Source of the DNA: Camelus ferus
Taxonomy: Eukaryota
DNA: 64,000 nt
Assembly: GCF_009834535.1 (NCBI RefSeq)
Contig: NC_045697.1
Location: 28,584,001-28,648,000 of the forward strand
Direction of reading: 5' to 3'
The notes under the pieces were generated by a model. The model made no database searches, was not told the DNA's origin, and worked only from the letters and a program-made list of their open reading frames with translations. Both the position numbers and the translations under genes were made by a program. This document shows positions 1 to 11,375 of this stretch, piece after piece (position 1 is the first letter of the stretch; each line of letters starts with the position of its first letter).

Positions 1-413
1 TTTATTTAATTTTTTCATTGAAGAGTAGTCGATTTGTAATGTTGTGTTAGTTTCTGGTATACAACATAGTGATTCAGTTATATATATTTTTTTATATTCT
101 TTTTTATTATAAGTTATTAGAAGATATTAAATATAGTTCCCTGTGCTATACAGTAGAACCTTGTTGTTTATTTTATATATAGTAATTCCCAATTTATCCT
201 TCCCCCTTATCCCCCCATAACCATAAATTTGTTTTTTGTCTGTCTGTTTCTGTTTCATATGTTTGTGTCATTTTCTTACATTCCACATACAAGTGGTATC
301 ATATGGTATTTGTCTTTCTCTATCTGACTTATTGCTTCATTTAGTATGGTAATCTGTAGGTCAATCTATGTTACTACAAATGGCATTATTTTATTTTTTT
401 TGGCTGAGTAGTA

Positions 414-467
<54 letters not shown>

Positions 468-612
468 ATACACACACCAGAAATTCTTTATCCAGTCATC
501 TATTGATGAACATTTAGGTTGCTTCCATGTCTTGGCTATTGTAAATAGTGCTGCTATAAACATTGGGGTGCATATATCTTTTTGAATTAGTTACCTCTAG
601 ATGTGTGTCAGA
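1..612 (-). mobile_element. L1 3' end (ORF2 C-terminus plus 3' UTR), cetartiodactyl-type; contains a (TG)n microsatellite at about 418-464
   Basis: The minus-strand translation MFIAALFTIAKTWKQPKC...DWIK is the L1 ORF2 C-terminus, and a typical L1 3' UTR follows. Confidence 0.9.
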
Positions 613-825
613 GGGAATATTTAAATCTATGGCATTAACAAATTGGTTTCATGAAAACTGTTGTATAAAGTTTTCCTTAAGTATTTAAATGGATCTGTTA
701 AATGGAAAATAGATTGTTATCTGTTGTCATTTTAAATTTTATATATTTGATCTAACTTGATCTAGATTAGTCTATGCAGAACTAGTTGCCCAACTTTAAA
801 AGAAAGTCTCTTAATTTCTGTAGAC

Positions 826-1040
826 CATGGTTTCTCAACTTTGACACTATTGCCATTTAGGGCAGGTAATGAATTCTTTGTTGCCGGTGATTCTCCTGTG
901 CTTTGAAGGATGTTTAGCAGACTTAGAGCACTAGATGTCAGTAGCACTGTCAGTCCTTCCCCCTCACCTCCCTATCCTCTCCCTGCCAGTTGTATTAACC
1001 AGAAATGTCTCCAGCCTTTGCTAAATGTTGAGAATCTGCC
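826..1040 (-). mobile_element. MER20-like hAT-Charlie MITE
   Basis: Ends ggtttctcaac...gttgagaa; internal gacactattg, ggatgtttagcag and aaatgtctccag match the MER20 consensus as recalled. Confidence 0.8.
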
Positions 1041-1983
1041 ATAGACAAAAGTCTTTAGAAAAACATTTAAGACTGTTAACTATGTAAGATGTGTAGTATA
1101 ATTTATCTAAAAGATGAATGGAAAGTAAAGGTACAAAAATTATATAGCATGATTACTCCTAGCTTTGAATGTTCTGTTTTTATTTTTAAGACTTTAAGTT
1201 TGTTTGACTCTTACCAATGAATTATCACTTTCTTTTAAACTTTTTCCTTTCTGATTTAAAGGAAAAGGTGTATTTTCTGCTATAAACTAATGTAATTGGA
1301 ATTTGGACAATTTTTTAAGAGTGGAAAAGTGGTTTGTTTTTACAGCTATGTAAGTTATAGTTCAGTGTAACTTATTTAAATAGTGTGCCTTATGGGGTTT
1401 TGGGTGTAGGTTGAGCAAGGAAAGCTTTATAGACTGGGTTAAAAAATCAAAGCCTGTCCAAGTAAGACTATTTGGGGTGCGTTTCTTGTTTCTTGAGAAA
1501 AATTATAAAGACTTTGATCGCTGTCCATCAGGCATAGATATATATGCATCTGGGGTCCCTTAGCTTGTCACCCCTTTGTAAAGAATAAATGTTCTTATTT
1601 CTCAGTAAATATACATTATCTTCATTACTGAGCATATTGACAATAGCCCTAAAAGACTTACCTGTTTGGAAATAAATAAAAATGCTAGATGCAGAGAATC
1701 AATGCTTTGTCAATGCTAAGGGTATGTATTTGTAGGGAAGTTCTTGAACTAGGTTCCAAAAGAAAGTTAAGACTGATCTCAGATTTCAGGAGACAATCCT
1801 AAAGGAATTATAGGAATACTGTAATTTATAAGTAAATGATCTCTTTTCTAGGACCTAAATTGAAACCAGGGAGCAGGGGTAATTGGCAATATTAGGCAAG
1901 AAACACATTTATATATTTAGAACAGAAAGCTGTAATATACACAAACATAGTTGTGGATTTAGAACACCTAAGGTATCTTTGAG

Positions 1984-2121
1984 GAAGGAAAAAACCTTTT
2001 TCGTATCAAAGTAATATATATATATATATGTATACACACACACACACACACGAAGGAAAAAACCTTTTTCGTATCAAAGTAATATATATATATGTGTATA
2101 CACACACACACACACACACAC
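1984..2121 (+). repeat. Tandem duplication (68 + 70 bp) of a unique 30-mer plus a (TA)n(CA)n microsatellite
   Basis: gaaggaaaaaacctttttcgtatcaaagtaa is identical at 1984 and 2052. Confidence 0.95.
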
Positions 2122-2724
2122 GATAAAGTGTGACTGGCACCCAAATCAAGAAACAGAATATTAATATTACTAGCACAGTCAGAACTCCCAGACCCCCAGC
2201 CCTTTTTAGTCATTTTCCTGACTTCTGGTAGCACAGTTTAGCTTTGAGTATGTTTGAGTAAAAGGGTAGACATAAAAACATATACTATATGATTTAATTT
2301 TGAAGGTTTTGAAAGATGCCTTTCAAAATTTTTGTTCAAAAATATTAATAGTATCTTAGAAAATGTGTTAAATGGCATTGAATATTATAGTTGAAAGAGA
2401 CCTTAGATCTAAGGCAAACTCCTCATCTCTAAGATATGGAAACTGAGGCCTAGAGAGATTAATTGTGACTTAGTGACACAGGTCTGGTTAATGGTGCATT
2501 TAACTCAGACTTTATATACCAGTTTACTCTAACCATTGTATACGGTTGCTTAATGGGACTGTCCTTTTCATAAACAGTACTATAAAAGCTGAATGCTAAT
2601 AAAACTAAGTACAGTGAGTAACAGTTCAGTATTAAGTATTGTATTTTAAATGTATTTTCTTAGTGTGAGAACTTAAAATTACCAGGAGGCAGAGATATTT
2701 AGTTCCCTAAGCATAATACAGTAA

Positions 2725-2915
2725 GTTCAGCTTAGTGGTTAAGAGTGTGGGCTTTGGAATTAGATTTGCCTTGAGTCCTGGCTTTTTTACTTTATACCTA
2801 CAGCACTGACTCTGTATCTCAGTTTTCTTACCTGTAAAAATGTAGGAAGATTAAGTCTTTACAGTGCTTGGAGCAATGCTTGGGACATACTAAACATTCA
2901 GTAAATAGATAGCTG
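2725..2915 (+). mobile_element. MIR SINE
   Basis: agtggttaagagtgtgggctttggaat...ctcagttttcttacctgtaaaa MIR core. Confidence 0.75.
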
Positions 2916-4210
2916 TTAAGATGTCAAAATTAACTACTTTCATATTCTGCTTATTACCATTCTTGTATCAAAAAGCTTTCCTTCTGTGACTTAATGATAT
3001 CTCTATGTGAGTTTGCCTCAAGAAAAGGCTTAACATTGTGGGAGACTTGAGTGCTTCTGATAATGTTTATTTGTCATCTGTATGCAAACAACCTGTGGGG
3101 CCGATGGCCAAGGGGAATAGAATATATGTGGACACTGTTCTGAAGGTGCTGGTTAATTTTTCTTTAGGAGACAATTATAAATTGGAGAAAAGTTTGTTTT
3201 AAAATGACCTTTCTTGGTGAAAAAGAAGTAAATTACTTGGAAGCCTTTCAGGTAATAGAGAGTTATTGGATTATTTTGTATTTCCTGACATAGCTCTGGT
3301 CTCCTTGAACTGGACCAAGGAATCCAGATTCTAATCTTGTAGTGTGTAATCTTGGATCCCTTTGTAAAATCCCTTTTTTTAAATTGGATCTTGGAAGTTA
3401 GAAAGTGATAGTCACATCCATCTGATATGGTGTGTTCTCTTATATAATTCTGAAAAGGTGAGACAAGATCGTTTCATTCAAAATCCTTGTTCATTCAAAA
3501 TCATTTCCCTCCCTTTAGTTCTTTACTTTTACAGTAAATTTAAAATAACTACCTATTTAGTTCAGTGCCACTGTCTAATATTTTGTCAATATGGCAGCCT
3601 TATGATATGGATGTTACTCTTGCTTTACAGATTAGAAAGTTGCAGCCCTGAAGAAATTAAGTAACTTTCCTCATTGTCAAGTAACTTGTTCATGGAACAG
3701 GGGTTTAAAACAAGGTTTTTTACTCTAAAATATTTACTGATTATGGTGGAAAGAATAGAGTACAGTCATATTTATTGCTTGCTTCCTACCCATTACTTCT
3801 AAAGATGTTTTTAAAAATTACATTTTAGACTTAGAAGTTTAGGGAATAATGTATGAGCACCTTTATATTCATGGTCCAGATTTAATAGATCTTAGCTTTC
3901 ATACTGGGTTTAGGCTATCCACTCCCACTAAGAAATAAAACAAAACATACAGATAAAGCTCACTTTGTAGCCTTTTCTCTATTGCATTTTCCTTCTCATT
4001 GATAACCACTGTGGTGAAGTTGAGTATATCCCTCCCATTCAAATATATGTTTTTACTATTGATAAACAGTATAAAATGACTTTTTAGTATTTTTAACTTA
4101 AAAAAATTTCTCACAGTTGGTTATAGTATTCATCTCCACAGCTTTTCTTCTCAGTGTTGCTTTTTGAGATTTATCTGTGACAGTGCATATTGCTCGAGTT
4201 CTTTCATTTT

Positions 4211-4343
4211 TTTTCTATTTTGTGGGGGAAGGTAATTAGGTTTATTTATTATTTCTTTATTCTTAGAGGAGGCACTGGAGATTGAACCCAGGACCTCATG
4301 CATGCTAAGTATGCGCTCTACCACTTGACCTACATCCTCCCCC
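4211..4343 (-). mobile_element. tRNA-Ala-derived SINE (vic-1-like)
   Basis: Reverse complement of a tRNA-Ala(AGC)-like head plus aaacctaattacct tail; TSD of about 18 bp, ctcgagttctttcatttt / ctctagttctttaatttt. Confidence 0.88.
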
Positions 4344-4367
4344 CTCTAGTTCTTTAATTTTAAACTA

Positions 4368-4561
4368 CAGTTGACCAACATGGGTTTGAACTGCATGATT
4401 TTTATTTCAATAGTAGGTATTTCAGTGCTACATGATCCACTGTTGGTTGAATGAACACATGTGGAGGAACTGTGGAAATGGAGGGCCAAGTGTAAGTTAC
4501 AGATTTTCTTCTAAGCGGAAGGTCAGCACCCCTAACTCCCTTGTTGTTCAGGGGACAAATG
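4368..4561. mobile_element. TcMar-Tigger MITE (Tigger2/MER8-related)
   Basis: TA-flanked degenerate terminal inverted repeats, cagttgacc...aacatggg / ttgttgttcaggggacaaatg. Confidence 0.7.
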
Positions 4562-6629
4562 TATTTAGTATTCCATGTCACAGGTTTTAAAATTCATTAT
4601 CTTATTGATGATGTGTAGTTACAACTTTTAACGATTTTAAAAAAGGATGCATTGAACATTATAAGTGTTTTCTTGGGCACATGAGGGTTTTTCTAGGAAG
4701 TGGGATTGTAAGATCTGGGTGTATTTGTATCTTCTACATGACTGGATATTGCATCATTGATCTTCCAATGTTAGTATCAATTTACTCTCTCTCCAGAAAT
4801 ATGTAATAATCTTAGTGACCTGACATTTGCAAGATTTAGATTTTTGTCAGTCTGGTGGATGTGAAGTGGTAGCTTATTTTAATTTTCATTTCTGTAGTCA
4901 GATATTAAGCATATTTTTGTGTTCACTGGTCATAAAGCTTTCTTTTGCAAATTTAGTGTTACTGGGCTAACTAGTATGTGTAGCCTTTTCTCTCAGGTGA
5001 CTGCTGTGTGCTTTATCTTTCGGTTTCTTTGTTTCTTGTAGGTTTCTTTGTTTCACGTGAACCATTCTGTTTGGGATTGGCATACTTAATTGTGGGTTGT
5101 CTGATACTGTTGCTTTTCAGCAGTGATATAAAACATTTGTGCTTCATTCTGTAGTAATTCCTTTAGTTTTTATATATATATGTATATTTCTATATATATA
5201 TAGAATACATTGCAGTTTATGTTTATGTGAGTTGGACATTTGGTTATTTACAGTTTCTTGTTGGTGCAGATGTGCAGGAATTTGGGGTATAAATCTGAGA
5301 GTGTTATTACTAGGTTATTGGATGTTTGGATGAGATTTTAGGCGGTTATATGTGACAGATACTGTTTTATGTCTGTTGACTTCGTCATACTTTGGTTATA
5401 TCCATGGGTGTTTACCTAGATCTTTTATCTCCATCTGCCCATAGGAACTGAGTGTGTGAGTCACTGAGGGCAGAAACCTATCTTACTGATTTTCTATTCT
5501 CCGTTGCTTAGCACATTGCCTGGTAGGCAAGAGGCACTTGTTTACCTGAATGAGTTAAAGATTTTCTTAAGCTCCAGGAAGATCATCCCCAACTGCTATG
5601 AAAGTAATAACCTTTCATCCTGCTTCTGGTAATAGGAAGAGTTGAATATGTTGATAAAGGTGGCCCTTCAGTGAAGTTGGGATTCCGTTGTATGTAAGGG
5701 TTGATAATATAGTCAGTTCCTGAATTGGGGTGATAAAGTGTCTAAGTCAAAAACTGGGAAATAAGATAATGGGAAGGGAATCTTTGTTTTGCTTATTTTG
5801 TAATTTTCCCCTTTCAGGATCTCAGGGAACATCTATTTAGTATTATATATGACATCATCTATATCCGTATGGTTTAAAAAAACTCTTTAGTTAACTCTAT
5901 GTTTTTTTTCATTTATTCAACAAATATTTCTTGAATGCCACCCATGTTTGTTAATAAGATAGACATTGTCCATGCTGTTATGGGGTAAATTGTGGTCCGG
6001 CAAGTGAGACATTGAATAGCTCATTGTATGTGTGTTTGTTGAATTTAAGTAAGGAGAACTGTGGGGGTGAGATAACCTAAACTCAGAAAAGAGTTCCTTG
6101 GGAATGACCCTTGAACTGATTATTTCAGAGGATAAATTGGAATTAACTTAGTCACACATTAGGATGATCAACTCTAATATGTACATAGAAAGCTAATAAT
6201 CATTATGTAGTCAAAAATGTAGAACCATTTAATTGCTTTTCTCTTTTATACGGTCAGTTTCTGTGAATATAATAGTAACATACTTATTATTAAACGTTGG
6301 AAAATACAGGGAACTGTATTAAAGTTATCTGTAATCTCACTCCTAGAGATAATTCTTTTCTTTAAAAACTGTTTTGTCTATGAAATATTTTATATATACA
6401 TCTTAATTTTGGTATTTCCTTCCATTGTTTTCTATGTATGTATATGTGTGTACATATTTAGCAGGGCTTTTTTTTTTTTTTTTTTTTTGAGAGCCTTGAA
6501 TATAATTCCCATGTGACTTCACAGCCAAATCTGTAATTTATAATCATTTGAAGCTGTACTTTCCTACTAGACTCTGAGCTTCTCAAGGGCTCATGGCTCA
6601 TCCATTTTTGTATTATCAGTAGCAAGAGT

Positions 6630-9000
6630 TCTTTAACAAATATTTGAGGGCTCCCTCTATGCTAGGCACCATGATGTGTGTTGGGGATATAGCAATGAGT
6701 GGGGCACGGGAGGACAGACAAATAAACAAGTAATAAATGCAATGCAAGAAATATAATAATATCGTACAGATGAAATTAATTGATTGTTTTTGATTGGGTG
6801 TTTAGAAAAGACCTTTCTTGGAATTTTAAACTTAGATTGAGATCTGAAGGTTAAAGCCGTGTCTCTAGGGGAAGAACAGTTCAGATTAGGGGAAACAATG
6901 TAAAGTATAATCTAAAGTGGGAATGAATTTGCTATATCTAAGCAACCAAAAGGTTATTGTGGCTGGAGTATTGTCAGTAAAGGAGGAGAATAGTGCAAGA
7001 TGAAGTTGGGATGTAGATGGAAGCAAGATCACATAAAACTTTATAAGCCCAAAGTAAAGAGTTTGGGTTTTAAGTGACTCTGGAAGCCATTTGAGAATTT
7101 AAAGTAAAAGCCAGAATTTGTGCTTTTAAAAGGGAACTTTGGCTGGTGCATGGAGAATGAATTTAAACTGAAGATGGGAGGGAAGGTTTAGTACTTTAAA
7201 GGTTGTTTTGCTGTATGTAACAAAGAAACAGTAGTAGTGACTTAAATAAATAGGAGAAGTCTGGAAGGAAGTATCCCACAGTTGCTTGGTTAGGGACTTT
7301 ATAGTGTTAATAGATTACTTCTAACTTTGAATTTATCATTCTTATGATTTGACCCTTGTCCCTGAATTCTCAAAATGGCAGAGGACCAGACAACCTATCT
7401 GAATTTCAGAAAGGTAAAGGCACAAGGCACATGCCAGCTGAGTTCACTGTTTAAAAGAAATTCCTGAGGTCCCATTGAGTGACCTCTGTTTCTATTTTTT
7501 ATTTTTATTCGGGACTGTGTCAACCACTTCGTGGTTTTAGAGAGGCTAGGAAATGTTTATTAGCTGAGCACATTGCTCCCCAATTAAAATTAGTGATTTG
7601 TTAGGAAAGAGAAAGGAAATTGATTAGGCAACTTGTCATGTGGGGTTGGAGGTAGGGGACTGGGATGAGCTCAGGAAGATAGTTTGGGAAGCCTTTCTAG
7701 GTAGCCTAGGTAAGAAATGATTGTAGCTTGGGGTTAGGATGGAATAGAGGGGGCTGAAGAGAAGTATTTGGGTTGTGTTTTAAGTATAGAGTCACCAGAG
7801 GTTGCTGATGGTGCAGAGAAATAGTGAAGAAGCTAGAACAACACGTAGATTTTTGTCTCCAGCTAGATAGATGGTGGTAGTAATTTCTGAGTTGGAAAAG
7901 AGTTGAGAGGAGCACATTAGAGGTCAGGGAAGATTAAGAATTTTGCTTTGTTCTTGTTAGGTTTTTTTTTTTTAAATGAAGTATAGTCAATTACAATTAA
8001 GGTGGGGAAATAACAAGCAGTTGAATATGTGAGTCTGGAAATAGAGAAATTTGGTCATTGTAGATATATAGATGGTATAATTTAAAGCTTAGACTGGGTG
8101 ACTTAACTGTAGGAGAGTTTGGTTAGAAAAGGAGTGGTCTGTGTGCTCTCTCACTTGCTGAAGGGAATTATGGGTAATTAGAACTCCCCCAGGGGATCTT
8201 CATCATCTTCTAAGTTAGGGCATGGATGTGACACAGTGTTGGCTCAGAGTACCTGATCTGAATTCTGGGTGGTGTCTTCAGGGAGAGACTGCATACATCT
8301 CTTAGGGACTTACTGGTCTCATATGATACGATAAATCTTTGCAATTTCCAATTCATCAACTCAGGTATTCTGTGCTGAACATTGCTCTGGCTTATGCAAT
8401 AATAAAGGTCTTTTCATTTAATAACCTAAGAAAAAAGAAAAGGAGTGGTCTAGGACAGAGTCTTGGTTTTCATCTTGGGTCGGTAGCACATTTTGTAGTT
8501 GAGCTGATGAGAACCAATTAAGGAGAGTGTGGTGTCATTGAAGCCAAGAGAAGAAAGAACTCTAAGAAGAGGGTGGTCAACTTTGTTATGTTGCTGAATA
8601 GGAGAAATGACAATTGAATTTGCAGCCTGGTGATCATTGGTGACCTTGACTAGAATATTTTCATTGGAATGGTGAAGGTGAATGTCTCATTAGAGTGGAT
8701 TGTTAAGAGGAATGAGGTGAGGAACTGGCAGTTGTGGTCTACTTTTTAAAGGAATTTTGCTTGGACAGGAGAGAAAAGAAGAGAGGGAGCTGGAGAAGAT
8801 TATGGCTTCAGAGATCTTTAAAATAAGATTTCAGTATTAGTGTATGTTTGTATGTGGATAGATGGGAGAAATTCGTTATGCTAGAGAGAGGAGGAGTAAT
8901 CGAAGGTGCAAAGTCCTTGTGAAGAACATGGAGTGGTGTTCCTAGCATAAGTGGAAGGATTCATCTTTAATAGGAGCTGAGATACTTAGAGCAAATTTCC
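6630..9000 (-). mobile_element. Fragmented L2 LINE, interrupted by an MLT1-like segment (about 7190-7630) and the 8141-8435 retro-insertion
   Basis: aacaaatatttgag...tatgctaggcac (reverse complement of the L2 3' end) followed by purine-rich L2 body motifs. Boundaries are approximate. Confidence 0.65.
8141..8435 (+). pseudogene. Retroposed polyadenylated RNA fragment of unknown origin (295 bp)
   Basis: Perfect 16-bp TSD agaaaaggagtggtct (8125-8140, 8436-8451); AATAAA at 8401-8406 followed about 22 nt later by a short A-rich tail. Confidence 0.8.
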
Positions 9001-9880
9001 ATTTGGGATTTGTGTTTTTCACTTGAACATGTGATCAGTTAATGATGGTTGTTCCCTGTCCTCTCCCCCATCTGCTTGGGGCAGACACAGTTTTTTTTTT
9101 TTTTCTAAGTTAATTGGGGAATGAGTTTAATTGGTATTGGGGCTCTGCCATATGAGTATGCTAAAGCAAGAAAAGTATCAAGGTTGTCAAAGAGTATTTG
9201 CAAGGGAGTGATTATAATGAGTGCCCATGGAATCTAAACTGGTTAAGGAAGGAAGTAAGGACATTAAAGGTGATTGATAATGAGGGAGAGTGGTGATGTT
9301 TCCTTGTTCTTCTATGAGAATTTAGAAGAAATGTACAAAGATGACAAAAGTAGGTGACAGTCTCTTATTAATTGGAGACAGCTGTTGATATTGATGTCTT
9401 TTATTTATTTTTTTAACCAAGTCAGGATCTCAGTATGTATACTATTTTGTATCCTTCTTTCCCTCTAAATATATCTTGTGTTTTCTTTGGGGTATTAAAT
9501 ATTCTTTTAAAATATTTAGTGTTTAACTTGAATATTAAAATTAAATAGTATTTAATTTATATATTTAATACTTAATACTACATTACTAAATCATTCTCAT
9601 GTTGAACGTTTATAAGTTGTTTCTATTTTTCTCCCACTATATGTGTATTGAAAGGAGTATCTTTACGTAATACTTTTTATCTGAGTTTATTTGACCAAGA
9701 TAGATTCCTGAAAAAGTTACTGAGTCATAGTATGCGAGCTATTCTTACTCTTATGGCAAAGGTGCTTTAGAAAGTTTGTTGTAAATAGCTCTAGCACTGG
9801 CACTGTATGAGGCAATCCCATTTCATCAACATTCTCATCATTAATGCAATCTTTTTCTTTAAGTCAAATAGAAAAACCGA

Positions 9881-10004
9881 GGAGGGAGAGTTAGCTGAGT
9901 GGTAGAGTGTGTGCTTAGCATGCACGAGGTCCTGAGTTCAATCCCCATACCTCCATAAAATAAATAAACATAATCCCTAAATAAATAAAGTAAATAAAAT
10001 TTTT
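9881..10004 (+). mobile_element. tRNA-Ala-derived SINE (vic-1-like)
   Basis: tagctgagtggtagagtgtgtgcttagcatgcacgaggtcctgagttcaatccc with A/B boxes, then an A-rich tail. Confidence 0.88.
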
Positions 10005-10014
10005 AAAAGATTGA

Positions 10015-10259
10015 GGGTGGGAAGGGATAGACTGGGATTTCAAAATTGTAGAATAGACTACACTGTATGGCACAGGGAAATATACACAAAATGTTATGAT
10101 AACTCACAGAGAAAAAAATGTGACAATGAGTGTGTATATGTCCATGAATAACTGAAAAATTGTGCTGAACACTGGAATTTGACATAGCATTGTAAAATGA
10201 TTATAGATCAATAAAAAATGTTAAAAAAAAAGAAATAAAGATTTTCCAATGGAAAAAAA
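10015..10259 (+). mobile_element. Young 5'-truncated L1 3' UTR fragment inserted in the SINE tail
   Basis: Similar to the minus-strand copies at 35604 and 41880; poly(A) tail; TSD aaaagattga (10005-10014, 10260-10269). Confidence 0.85.
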
Positions 10260-11272
10260 AAAAGATTGAAAAAGCAAAAAGGAAAAGTCAAGTGTCCCAT
10301 TTTATCTGTTTATTTTATTTAATTTTTTTCTTTGAAAAACATTTGAGTTTATTTAGATAAACATTTGACCAAGCCCTCATTTAGCCAATCAACTTGAGCA
10401 ACTTCTACGTACTAGACATTCTGTGGGCAAGTGACAGAAAAATATTTTTTTTAATTTTATTTAACTTTTTATTCAGAAAATTTTCAATTGGAAAAGTTGA
10501 AAGAGTAGTATACTTGTATCATCACTACCTAGATTCAGCAATTGTTAATGATGCTGTTATGAAGATAATTCACTACCAAAATCTAAGCATGTGTCTCCTC
10601 TTAATAACATTCTTTAACATAACCACAATATCATTAGTCTACCTAAGAAAATTGTTAATTCTTTGGTATCTAATATTCATATTTCTCCAGCTACTTTTAA
10701 AAACGTCTTTTAAAATTTATGATGGTTCTTCTGCACATACTCCCTTATTTCCTTATGATGATGCCTTAACTTGTATTTCTTGTAAACTGGAATTTAGGTA
10801 TAATGGTTTGACTGGATTCAGTTTGAATATTTTTGGCAAGAAGACTCCAAGAGTAGTATTATGTACTTCATATTGAATCATATTAATAGATGTGTAACGT
10901 CAAGTGTTTTCACTGTTAGTGATGTTAGGTCGGTTGTATAATCACTTGATTAATGTGGGAGCCACAAGATCTTTTGTAAAGGTATGGTTTATTCCTTTTG
11001 CAATTAGCAAGTAAACTGTGAAGCTGAATACTCTGGTCCTTCGCAAATATCTTACTCTTTAACATCCTTTCAACTGATAAGGACCGTCATCCATTGATTT
11101 TCCTAATTGTCAACTTTATGTTTACTTGGCTAGAATTCTTCTGGAAAGAAGAGCTTTCCATCATTAACTAGGATGAAAATTACTTATTATTGAGTAAAGA
11201 TTTTGTATAATAGTCACTTCCAGTGGCAACAAATGATTTTCCCCTTTCATTTCTTTTTAATCAGTGCTTGGC

Positions 11273-11375
11273 TGTCTTAGCACATGCTGCCATAACAAAA
11301 TACCATAGATTGTGTCACATGAACATCAGAAATTAATTTTCTCACTGCTTTGGAGGCTGAGGACTTCAAGACACA
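11273..11375. mobile_element. MLT1 (ERVL-MaLR) LTR fragment
   Basis: tgtcttag...gctgccataacaaaataccatag...ggaggctga matches an MLT1 LTR terminus. Confidence 0.7.
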
